The notes beneath the pieces are model-generated. The model searched no databases. It had not been told where the DNA came from and was given only the letters and a program-made list of their open reading frames with translations. From contig NW_021823717.1 in assembly GCF_006345805.1 (NCBI RefSeq), positions 1 through 21,579 on the forward strand: a stretch of 21,579 nt of DNA, in the 5' to 3' direction. Every line of letters starts with the position of its first letter. Position 1 is the first letter of the stretch. Made by a program: the position numbers and the translations under genes. The stretch comes from Octopus sinensis. Its lineage: Eukaryota. Positions 1 through 9,944 of this stretch are shown here, one piece after another.

Positions 1-269
1 TAGCATGGACCCCATCCGGTTTGACTTGACTTACACAAGATTGATGGGGAAGTAATTGAGTGGTATCCCGATATTTAAGGGACTAAGAAAGTAACGATCA
101 TTAGCATATTGTTTTATTTAGTATCTAGAATACAAGATTCTAATACCACGAAGAAGTTGGCGCCAAGATACAGAAACCATAACAAATACAACCTACATTC
201 ACATACCCTGTACTCATAAAGGTAGATATAGACATTTACACATTTGTGGGTTAATAAGGCTACCATTGG

Positions 270-600
270 TTTATATATACACACATATATACATATATAA
301 ACATGTCGTTTCTTACCTGCTATCATAATACAAATATTATATACAGCGACACAGCTGCATAGATAACACCCGAAATACACACACAAATATATAAAAACAT
401 ACTAGCATACACATGCAGACATACACATATATACTTACATGCACACACACAGACATATAGACACACACACAAAAGAACAACGGCGCACATATACAGGTGT
501 CATCAAATCGTATATCTGACCACTGACACAGACACACACATACATACAAGCATATATTCACACAGCAATATGCACAACAGACCTCATACACCCACAACCA
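270..600. repeat. Degenerate (CA)n/(TA)n low-complexity tract
   Basis: ACAC/ATAT runs; source of the CVCV-type ORFs. Confidence 0.9.
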
Positions 601-1124
601 CACAACCTGCTAGAAATAGTTCCAATGAATTCTGGCCATTTTAATAAAGAAAATCAATGAAGAATGAAGTCCTTGGTAAACATAATCACAAGATTGCTAC
701 AACTGGCGTCTGTGATCATAGATGGGATTATCAGCCTAGGTTTAAATAACAAATAATCAAATAATTATGAAAACGCGCTAATTCTCTTAATAGATCCACG
801 TGCACTTTTGTAAATACCCGCCATTTTTATACACACTTCCATTTTATACATCCTCCCCTTTTATACTACACACTTCCAACATAGAACTCTACATACGAAC
901 GCAACTCTATAGACAACCCTGAGATAGAGCCTTTATACACACCCATATTGTTTTTGTATTGGTGTAGATATACTCTTCTGTTCTAACCATCTTTATACAC
1001 ACCGTCAAATCAAAATTTTTTCTAAACGCCCTCTTCTCTTATTGATACATTGCTATAAACACTCACATTTCTATACACCTTCATTGTATCTCTATATACA
1101 CACCCATAGAATCTACCACACACA

Positions 1125-1155
1125 ACTCTCTCTCTCTCTCTCTCTCTCTATCTGC

Positions 1156-1215
<60 letters not shown>

Positions 1216-1248
1216 ATATATATCTATATATATATATATTATATATAC
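1125..1248. repeat. (CT)n followed by (TA)n microsatellite
   Basis: Direct inspection. Confidence 0.95.
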
Positions 1249-1309
1249 ACGCTTGCCCACACAACCTGCAAGTACTCAATCACCACTGGTGGAAGTACAT
1301 TCAGAGTAC

Positions 1310-1850
1310 CGTCACCACTTCCACCACCGCCGCCGCCATCACCACCTTCACCATACTACTACCATCACTTTTCACCATCACCTCGACCACCACCACCACC
1401 ACCACCACCACCACCACTGCCGCCACCACCACCACCACAACCACTACCACCGTTGCTACTATATCATCACACCTCTAACATTGTCACCAGCTCCACTAGC
1501 GCAACCATACCATCACCACCACCGCTACTATCACCACTACCGCAACTATATCAACACACCACCACTAACACCGCCACCATCGCTACTGTCCATTGCAAAC
1601 AGCTCTAGTTTATGATCGATACCTATAACAGCTGGTCAGGCAATTTTCAAACCACCACCACCACCGCCGCGACTGCCACCGCTACTTCCACCACAATCAT
1701 TACCTATGCCTCCACCGTCATCAACACCAGCATCACCATCATCATCAACACCATCACTACCACTTATTGCCTGTACCATCACCACCACCACCGCCAAAAC
1801 CGCCACCACCAAAACCGCCACCACCACCACCACCACTAGCAACACCTCTC
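1310..1850. repeat. Degenerate (CCA/CAC)n trinucleotide tract
   Basis: ccaccacca runs; yields poly-P/H/T ORFs in several frames. Confidence 0.9.
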
Positions 1851-1967
1851 CCTCCTCTCACCATCTTCATTACCTCACTCTCAAAACGCTGTAACATTTG
1901 CATAACGTCGTCGTCGTTTCAGGTTTGGAAACGTCCATTTTAAACAACCGGATCAGGGATGGTGGTG

Positions 1968-1991
1968 TCGGTGGTGGCGGTGGTGCTGGAT

Positions 1992-2023
<32 letters not shown>

Positions 2024-2460
2024 TGAAAGTGGTCGTGATTATAGTGGTGGCTATGGTACACAGAGTGGTTACAGAAGTGCTAATAATAGTTATGGATGTA
2101 GTATCAGTGGTAGTGGCAATGATGTGTAGTGATAGTAGTAGTAGTAGTAGAAGAAGAAGAAGAAGAAGTAGTAGTAGTAGTAGTAGTAAGTAGTAGTAGT
2201 AGTAGTAGTAGAAGTAGTAGTAGTAGTAGTGGTGGTGGTGGTGGTGGTGGTGGTGGAAGTGGTGGTCCAGGTGATGTAGTGTTGTAGTTTTGGTGCTGGT
2301 AGTCAGTGGTGTGTTGTTAATGTAGTGTTGTTGTTGTTGTTGTTGCAGGAGTGGTGTTGATGTAGCGGTGCTTGTGGCGGCGCTATTGTCGTTTAGTGTT
2401 GTAGCGGTGAAGTGGGGGTGGCCTGATGACCGTGATTAGGAAGGATGTGGGGGGGGGTAG
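1968..2460. repeat. (GGT)/(GTA)/(GAA)/(GTT) compound trinucleotide tract
   Basis: Direct inspection. Confidence 0.9.
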
Positions 2461-2554
2461 ATTGATGATAGAAAGAAAAGGACACAGCTAGATTAGTAAT
2501 ACATACAAACCCCTGATTCTGGAAACAATTTGAAAACCAAGGAAGCCATTAGTA

Positions 2555-2600
2555 CCACACACACATACACACATTTATACACACACACACACACATTTAT

Positions 2601-2635
<35 letters not shown>

Positions 2636-2753
2636 CATATATTTATATAAACATTGCATATATGTGTATGTGTGTATGTATGTACGTATGCATAGCTTAG
2701 ATCTGGAATATAAGGAAAAGATTAACGATGGAAATATTGCTGTTGTTGCTGCT

Positions 2754-2791
<38 letters not shown>

Positions 2792-2796
2792 GGTGT

Positions 2797-2848
<52 letters not shown>

Positions 2849-2873
2849 GGTGGTGGTAGTTGTAGTAGTTGTA

Positions 2874-2922
<49 letters not shown>

Positions 2923-3310
2923 CAGTAGTAGTAGTATCGGAGAGGAAAAAGCAGGAAGCGAGGATGGAGAAAAGAAAAAAAAATGGCAGAAAAGAGCGGG
3001 AATATGAAGGAAAAATATGGCGATCAGAAAAAGAAGAAAAGGAAGGAAGAGGGGGAGGAGGAGGACGACGACAACAATAATAATAGCAATATTAATAAAA
3101 ACAACTGCAACACAGCATTAACAACATCAACGGCAGCAACAATAAGAAGAACATTGTCAACGGAGCATAAGAGAAGAAAACTTCAAGAAAAATCAAACAA
3201 ACAAAAAAAACTAACATAGACAAAGATTATAGCGTATACGTGTGTCTGTGTGTGTGTAAGTATGTGTGTGTGTGTGTGTGTGTAAGTATGTGTTGTGTGT
3301 GTGTGTGTAT
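2555..3310. repeat. Compound microsatellites: (CA)/(TA), (GTA)/(GTG), purine-rich, (GT)
   Basis: Direct inspection; a short unique spacer lies near 2690-2745. Confidence 0.9.
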
Positions 3311-3407
3311 GTCATAGAAAAAAATTAAAAACCAAGAGTGGAAGGTAGAGAAAGGAAGTTTGGCTGGAAAAAAACATGGCGAAGAATAAGAAATAGTGTT
3401 AGAAAAA

Positions 3408-3458
<51 letters not shown>

Positions 3459-3915
3459 CAGCACAGCAGCAGCAGCAGTAGTAGTAGTAGTAGTAGAGGT
3501 GATGGTGGTGGTGGTGGAAGAAGAAGGAGGAGGAGGAGAAGAAGACGAAGAAAAGAAGGAGGAGGAGGAGGAGAAGAAGAAGAAGAAGAAGAAGGAGGAG
3601 AATAATAATAAGAAGAAGGAGAAGAAGAAAGAGGAGGAGAAGAAGAAAAAGAAAAATATGAAGAAGAAGAAGAAGGAGGAGGAGGGGGTGGAGAAGAAGG
3701 AGGAGGAGAATAAGAATAATAATAATAAGAAGAAGAAGAAGAAGAAAAAAGAAAAAAAGAAGAAAAGAAGAAGAAAGAAGAGAAGAAGAAGAAAATAAAG
3801 ATAAAGAAGAATAAGAAGAAAGAAGAAGAAAAGAGAAAAAGAAAGAAGAAGAAGAAGAAGAAGAAGAAGAAGAAGAAGAAGAAGAAGAAGAAGAAGGAGA
3901 AGAAGAAGAAGAAAC
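3408..3915. repeat. (GTA)n then (GAA/GAG/AAT)n polypurine tract
   Basis: Direct inspection; yields poly-K/E/F/L/S ORFs. Confidence 0.95.
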
Positions 3916-4427
3916 GTGCGAGAAAAAAAAAACACTAAGAATGTAAAGGAAGAAGAGGTGAAGAAATGTTGGTCTTTTCTCATCCATTTTGCCATCCTCT
4001 CAACGTTATTCCGATCATCATTCCTCACTGTTTTGCCATCATCTTACCGTTCCAGAGCTTCGCCTGCCAACAACGTCGTTCTTCCTTTTCTTTTATATTA
4101 TATATATATTTATTTATTTATTTATTTTTTTAATATATATTTTCACTTTCTGTTCTAAACGTCACAAAAACACTGCCACCTTCCAGCTCCGTCATCATCC
4201 GCATCACACCGCCATCATTACATTCCATTTGCTTCTTTTTCCTTTTTTTTTTCTTCTTCTTTCTTGTGTTTCTTGCTTTCTTCCGTTTTCTCCTGCTTTT
4301 GCTCTTTTAATCTATCCAAGCTCTTCCAATCTCCCTCACCTCAATCTCTCCTTTCTCGCGCGTTCTCTCTCTTTCTCCCTCCCCCCTCTCTCTCTCTCTC
4401 CCTCCAACCAACCTAAATAAGACGAAA

Positions 4428-4490
4428 CACCGCCCTCTGAGACAGCTGTGCACAGGTTGATTGGTTAAAGAGCCAACCTATGGTTGCCTG
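4428..4490. promoter_or_regulatory. Putative promoter motif cluster (GC box, CCAAT box, RFX-like half site)
   Basis: CCGCCC 4430-4435; AACCAATCAA on the minus strand (ATTGG 4460-4464); CAACC-tat-GGTTGCC from 4474. Motif match only. Confidence 0.3.
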
Positions 4491-4683
4491 TCTCTGCCAC
4501 ACTCAACGACAAACAAAACAATGTCGCAATAGCTATGTCGTGGCACAATATGTTATACCAAACCTCATAGACACAAGTTCAAATCCCCTAATCATATCAT
4601 TCTGCAAACTCCTCACTTCTCCAACGAAAATTAAAACATCGGTCTTCGTTTATCACTGATTCATTTATAACAGATCCAGTGAA

Positions 4684-4990
4684 GGCGCGTGGGTTAGTGA
4701 TTAAAGGTCGTAAGGTCGTGAGTTCGATTCCTAGCGACGTGTTGTGTTCTTGAGCAAGACACGTTATCTCACGTTGCTCCAGTCTACTCAGCTGGCAAAA
4801 GTGAGTAGTACCTGTAATTCAAAGGGGCTGGCCTTGTCACATTCTGTATCACGCTGAATCTCCCTGAGAAGTACATTAAGGGTATATGTGTCTGTGGAGT
4901 GCTCAGCCACTTGCGCGTTAATTTTACTAAAAGGCTGTTCCATTAAAACGATCAAATGGAACACTCGTCGTCGTAACCGACAGACGACCA
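4684..4990 (+). mobile_element. tRNA-derived SINE with a CORE-like central domain
   Basis: Head GGCGCGTGGGTTAGTG, B-box GAGTTCGATTCC 4720-4731, then GTTGTGTTCTTGAGCAAGACAC...CTCAGCTGGCAAAAGTGAGT resembling the CORE/MIR domain (recalled similarity). Confidence 0.8.
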
Positions 4991-5077
4991 ACTATTACTG
5001 ATCTGGGATATCACGATACTCTTAATTGTGAACCGTGTTAGTTTTACCCCGAATTGACCAGTAATAACACCGGTCGG

Positions 5078-5126
5078 GGACCAATCATAGATTCTGCTTG
5101 GAGCGCCAAAGCCGCCCCAGCAACCA
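5078..5126 (+). promoter_or_regulatory. Putative promoter motif cluster (CCAAT box plus GC box)
   Basis: GGACCAATCA at 5078-5087; CCGCCC 5112-5117; AGCAAC 5119-5124. Motif match only. Confidence 0.3.
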
Positions 5127-5542
5127 TCCACAATGTTTGGAGTCTCAGATCGAAATCTATTCTCCCCATTCGTTCTATCATTCATTTATCACCGATTCAT
5201 TTAACAGTTTTCCCCTCTTTAAACGAGAATCACTCTTCTAGGTTAAAGAGGCTTCATGTCAAAACGAACACCAGGTATAGAAAATGAAAATATCCGCGCC
5301 GTGAATATCTTTAGATTATGCTAGTCTTCTCACTTCACAAATTTATCGTCAAGAATAGTAGACACCAGAACATGTAGGGATGTTATCTGAGACAGGCTGG
5401 TGACTTATGTCCAGTTACACCTTAACAGATGGTGAACGGTTCGAAGTGAGATATACCACTCACGTTGCTTCCCCAGTTTGTTAATATTTTCTTTGCGTTT
5501 GTTTCACATCTTGAAGTAGACATAAACAAAGGAAAACAATAC

Positions 5543-5705
5543 AGAGTGCGTCGGACAAAATTCTTAGTATCATTTCTTCTGATTTCTTTACGTGCTGAGG
5601 TCGTCTTGCCCTTCCTTTTTTTTTTTTTCGGGGTCAATAAAACAAGAACATATCAAATCCTGGGGTCCATGTAATCGACTGAATCCCATTCCCTCAAAAT
5701 TACTG
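5543..5705 (+). mobile_element. Degenerate copy of the major SINE family
   Basis: gtcggacaaaattcttag head remnant; gaggtcgtcttgccctt...cggggtcaataaa...ctggggtccatgtaatcgact aligns to the intact copies at 9998 and 11198. Confidence 0.75.
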
Positions 5706-5729
5706 CCGAGATAAGAAAGAATTATTGCT

Positions 5730-5842
5730 TGGCGTTCTGAGTTCAAATTCCGCCGAGGTCGATATTGCCTTACATCCTGTCAGAGTCAATAAAATAAGTA
5801 CCAGATAAATACTGGGGTCAACGTAATCGACTTAACCCCCTC
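5730..5842 (+). mobile_element. 5'-truncated copy of the major SINE family
   Basis: gttctgagttcaaattccgccgaggtcga...aagtaccag...actggggtcaacgtaatcgactt. Confidence 0.85.
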
Positions 5843-5857
5843 CAGGGACATGACACG

Positions 5858-6025
5858 TCTTTCAATCATTGGACTGCGGCCATGCTGAAGCACCGTCTTG
5901 TAGTGTTAATTGACCATACTCATCTCACTATTTACTTTAAGTCTACCACATATTCTATCGTTCTCGCTTGCGCAACGTCTTAATAATGTGGACATAAATG
6001 AATAAACACCGGTTCTCAAGTAGTG
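5858..6025 (-). mobile_element. Degenerate 3' fragment of a second SINE family (OR-like, recalled)
   Basis: tttcaatcattggactgcggccatgctgaagcaccg...tattctatcg...aaacaccggtt resembles a common octopus SINE tail in reverse orientation; not verified by search. Confidence 0.5.
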
Positions 6026-6121
6026 GCGGGTGAAACACTCGCGTCTGAAGAGCGCCGTATGGAGAATGCTGTATATAGTCATCGCAAAGTAATTATATTT
6101 TTGAAATATACGTGTGCGTTT

Positions 6122-6148
6122 GTTTGTGTGTGTGTATATATATGTATA

Positions 6149-6228
<80 letters not shown>

Positions 6229-6260
6229 GTGTGTGTGTGTGTGTGTGTGTATGCATGTGT
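6122..6260. repeat. (GT)/(TATC)n/(TA)n/(GT)n compound microsatellite
   Basis: Direct inspection. Confidence 0.95.
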
Positions 6261-6309
6261 GTACAAATCAGGTGTGTAACAATAAATGAATTAGTCTTCA
6301 AGATGTATA

Positions 6310-6524
6310 TTGGTTTCAAATTTTGGCCCAATGCCAGAAATTTTAAGGGAAGGGGTTAAGTCAATTACATCAACACCAGTGCTCATCTGGTACTTATTTT
6401 ATCGACCCCGAAAGGATGAAAGATGATGTCGACCTCAGCAGAATTTGAACTCGGAACGTAAAGACGGATGAAATGCCGCAAAGCATTTTATCCGGTTTGA
6501 TAATGACTCTGCCAGCTCGTCGCC
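6310..6524 (-). mobile_element. Diverged full-length copy of the major SINE family
   Basis: ctggtacttattttatcgaccccgaaaggatgaaag...gaatttgaactc...ctctgccagctcgtcgcc is the reverse complement of the family consensus seen in the other copies. Confidence 0.9.
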
Positions 6525-6716
6525 TTACGTCAATATGTTCCTTTTTATGTCGAGTTAAAATAAAAACAATTTAGCATTAAACTGAAGGAATTGTCACTCG
6601 TGTTTGTTGACTGCGTATTTATTATACTTTTACACGAAGAGTTGGGACAGTACAATGTGCGCGTCTGTATGCATGAACATAAGTATATATGTGTGTGTGA
6701 TTTTGCATCTGTCTAA

Positions 6717-6719
<3 letters not shown>

Positions 6720-6768
<49 letters not shown>

Positions 6769-6779
6769 CTCTCTCTCTA
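6720..6779. repeat. (CT)n microsatellite
   Basis: Direct inspection. Confidence 0.97.
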
Positions 6780-6884
6780 TCAGCCGAAATTGCGAGGATG
6801 ATCCGGTTCTTGACTGAAGATTGAAGGCTTCGAATGTCCCGTCTTCTAAATTTTTTGCGTTCTTGTCCCAGTTTGTATTTTTTT

Positions 6885-6957
<73 letters not shown>

Positions 6958-6967
6958 TATATATATA
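6885..6967. repeat. (CA)n-(TA)n microsatellite
   Basis: Direct inspection; abuts the Helitron 3' end. Confidence 0.95.
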
Positions 6968-7833
6968 CTAGCAGCTAAGCCCGGTTTCACTCGGTCTGTT
7001 TGGATGATGTGGCTATGATCGTTTTCGGTTAGGCATAATCTATAACGGTGTTTCTCAACCTTATCATTTCGGGTCCCCTGTTTCGATTGGAACCTCCAGC
7101 TATATGAAAATTCCCTGATTCTCCCCAACCCTTGCCAGAAAACAGCTTCAGGAGTTGGGAAGAACGAATTTGTACGTAGACTGTTTCTGAGAGCTATTCT
7201 ATCGGACCTCTGTCTAATCATTAAAATATTAATTTGGTTATGAACACAGAAAGAAATTATACATTAATCCCTATTTCTGTAAGCAGTTGTATCGGTAAGA
7301 ATTTTATTTGCATTGAGCAGAAATTGGAAGAAGATATTTGAAATGGACGTGTGTGTGGGGGGGGGCTTCACGTGTGTGGGTGCGTGCGTCTGTGCTTGCG
7401 CGTGTGTATGTGAGAGAGAAAGAGGGTGATAATGAGAAATAGAGTGAGTGAGTGAGTGAAGGTGTGTGTCATGATAATTGACGTCTTTTAAGGTAAACCC
7501 TACAAAGAGGTGAAAGAAGAGAGACAGCATAACGAAAGTTTTGGCTGACTGTCATCCTGTACTCCCCTTGTTGCTACCAAAATGGTATATGCCGGCTGTG
7601 TGAGCAACTGGCTGTTTTAATGGCGGAACGAACAGGGGAATTCCATTAGAAAAGTTTGAATCGATTTTCTCTGTAAGTATGGGGACTAAGAAAAAAATAC
7701 TAACTGCATTTCAATGTATGCACCCGTCTCCACATGTGTGCCATTTTCTACGTGAATCCACCCAGCCGTTTGGCTGTGAACCCCAAGACAAGAAAGAATA
7801 AAACGATCGCCCATGTCCAATTTATATTATAGA
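6968..7833 (-). mobile_element. Non-autonomous Helitron (866 bp, both termini)
   Basis: The minus strand starts A|TCTATAATATAAATTGG at 7833 and ends ...CCGAGTGAAACCGGGCTTAGCTG-CTAG|T at 6968. This gives 5' TC, 3' CTAG with an imperfect GC hairpin ~8 nt upstream, and an A|T target. An internal GT/GA microsatellite lies at 7350-7470; no Rep/Hel ORF. Confidence 0.7.
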
Positions 7834-7837
7834 TATA

Positions 7838-8500
7838 TCATTCACCCACAGCAGTGGGTGAATATATTCTTATTCATAAGGTCAACTTCCTCGCGAGCAC
7901 TTTTAGACTTCATCTCTGATTCACTTCTCAACTAAATTGAATAGGCTTTTTTTTTTGTATCAATGATGGTCAAATTCTACGCTACATATTGAGATAAAAT
8001 AATGGAAATTTGGTCAAAATACATGAGGTGAAAAACGGGAGAGTAAAGAGAAAAGTTTGGATTAAAATATCTCCGTTATGTTAAACGAAAAGTATGGATT
8101 AATTGGGTTTTAAAGGATATATTCATTGAGTAGACTCTTGATTAAAATCTCCTTAAAAAGAAGTGTGGTTTTAAGTGACGAAATATCTGCTAAGTAACCC
8201 CCAAATTTGACTTTGAACCAAAATATCTCGGCTATTGTAAAAGCAAACTTGTATTTAAATGAACATGCTCTGTGAGATGAATCTTATAATGAAAACATCG
8301 TATAAACCTATATGGGGATGAAAAAGAGATAATTTTAAGAAATTAAATTTTTTTTTCTCTTTTTAAGAGGAAAATATCATTTGAACTCAAACGAAAGAGT
8401 TTATCGACACGAATAGATACGCTGCTTCGTTATTTTAGGTGCAAACAATATTCCTAAGTTTGTACACATTTTTTATTTTAAAAATATTTACAATAGTATA
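7838..8500. mobile_element. Possible Helentron/DINE-like non-autonomous element (right boundary uncertain)
   Basis: Starts with a perfect 10 bp hairpin ATTCACCCAC-agca-GTGGGTGAAT, followed by AT-rich sequence with repeated AAATATCT motifs. Confidence 0.3.
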
Positions 8501-8842
8501 TTTTTTTTCAAATTTAAATGTAAATATAATTAATTATAATAATAGAAGAGTTGCCTGGAAAAAAATGTCTTTCTATTAAGCTGTTTCGTATTTTTAGTAT
8601 TACATACACGCGCGCACACATAAACATAAGTATATACTCATGAATATATATGTATATACATGCCATGTATATATTTTTATGCCAGCCATTGAAAAATTTA
8701 CTTAAAAGTTCTTGTATTTTATAAGTCTTTGCTACGGAAGCAGCATTAGTACCGAACGGCGATCTTTATATCCTATTTAACGTGGATGTATTATTCGAAC
8801 GCCGGATTACGGCGGTATTTACTTTTGTTTATTACTCAATAG

Positions 8843-8938
8843 TAACATATCTAATAAAATCTAGAAGAAAGTTCTGTCTTGCCCTGCAACTGCTCACTGA
8901 TCCTATAGTCCTCCTGTTAGAGACCGATGCAACATTTG
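8843..8938 (+). CDS. Candidate internal exon of an ABCG/White-type ABC transporter (signature to Walker B, degenerate)
   Basis: Acceptor tttacttttgtttattactcaatag|, donor TTTG|gtagga, 96 nt, phase 1-1. Peptide TYLIKSRRKFCLALQLLTDPIVLLLETDATF(G) aligns by eye to ABCG consensus [31 protein letters not shown]. No other exons confidently found. Confidence 0.45.
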
Positions 8939-9344
8939 GTAGGATTGGGAACAGAATGTCCAATACTATTTAGAAATAACTGAAAATGAATTTAACACAT
9001 TTTAGCTGTATTTGTAAATTGCTAACAAAATTCTTCCACGCTGTAATCACACACACAACAAACACACATTATATAGCGTTGCCAATATAGGATGTGCTTT
9101 AATAGGAAAATATATAAAAATAAGTTTATTACATGGTAAAATGCGAACAAGAGAAATAATGATAAGATTATAAACCTGTAAAATTACAGGACAAGTTATT
9201 AAACTTGGAAAAGTTCAGGACAACTTATTACATCTGGTAAAGTACAGAACAAGAAAATTTTTTACTTAAAATATTGCAGCTAAGGATAAAATTTCAAATG
9301 AAATATTTAGATTTAGAAAATATTAGCTTTTATTAAAACTGAAA

Positions 9345-9602
9345 GTTTTATTATGCTTGGCTCATAAGCGTCGGTTTCCCGGTTTCATTGGCGTATAGGT
9401 TCCCCACCTGGACGGGACGCCAGTCCGTCGCAGGAGGAAAGAATGAAAGAAAGTTGTGGCGAAAGAGTCAGCAGAAGTTCGCCATTACCTTCTGCCGGAG
9501 CCACTTAAATGTTTCGCTCATAAACATCGCCCGGTCTGAGATTCGAACCCGCGATCCCTCGACCGCGAGTCCGCTGCTCTAACCACTAAGCTATGTGCCC
9601 CC
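9345..9602 (-). mobile_element. tRNA-derived SINE (third family)
   Basis: The minus strand head GGGGGCACATAGCTTAGTGGTTAGAGCAGCGGACTCGCGG...GGGTTCGAATCTC carries A and B boxes. The 3' part CCTGCGACGGACTGGCGTCCCGTCCAGG...GAAACCGGGAAACC resembles the Meta/V-SINE conserved domain (recalled). Confidence 0.8.
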
Positions 9603-9944
9603 ACGTTATTACTTGTTATTTCTATCAAAAATTAAAAAAATAATTCAATTAAAATATCTTTTACACTTTAAGAAAAGTCATATTTTAATTATTAATCAAT
9701 AATTAGAAATTTGAAAATAGGTTATGACATATAATGGTAGTACATAATTAGTACAACAAACAGAATAATACAAAAATTAGTTACAGTAAAATCTATCGAA
9801 CACAAAAAATTCGCTGTAAAATTTGCTTGAGTTATTGCCTAAGTTATTGCCAAGTCTTCACAATTTTAGTCGTGAGCTATTTTTACAAAGTAACATTATA
9901 ATTAATAAAAAAGGTACCACCATTTTGTTAAAATATTCTTTTCT

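Noticed and set aside
122-220. Plus-strand exon candidate YLEYKILIPRRSWRQDTETITNTTYIHIPCTHK
   Set aside because: Splice-like sites are present, but there is no recognisable homology or in-phase partner; not distinguishable from chance
606-750. Possible degenerate interspersed repeat fragment (acctgctagaaatag...)
   Set aside because: Only a vague recalled similarity, with no second copy in the window to support it
1042-1894. Pro/His/Thr-rich ORFs (extensin- or histidine-rich-like)
   Set aside because: Products of (CCA)n open in several frames; no credible start or splice context, although a low-complexity exon cannot be fully excluded
3325-4028. 200+ aa Leu/Phe/Ser or Lys/Glu ORFs
   Set aside because: Translations of the (GAA/GTA)n microsatellite
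6784-6870. Exon after the (CT)n tract
   Set aside because: All three plus frames hit stops before any good donor; the minus frames lack an acceptor
8797-8818. CGCCG-gatta-CGGCG hairpin followed by a T-rich stretch (terminator- or Helitron-like)
   Set aside because: Only a 5 bp stem, no CTRR end, and intrinsic terminators are not expected in this context
9528-9602. tRNA gene on the minus strand
   Set aside because: A and B boxes are present, but the acceptor and anticodon stems do not pair properly and it continues into a SINE body
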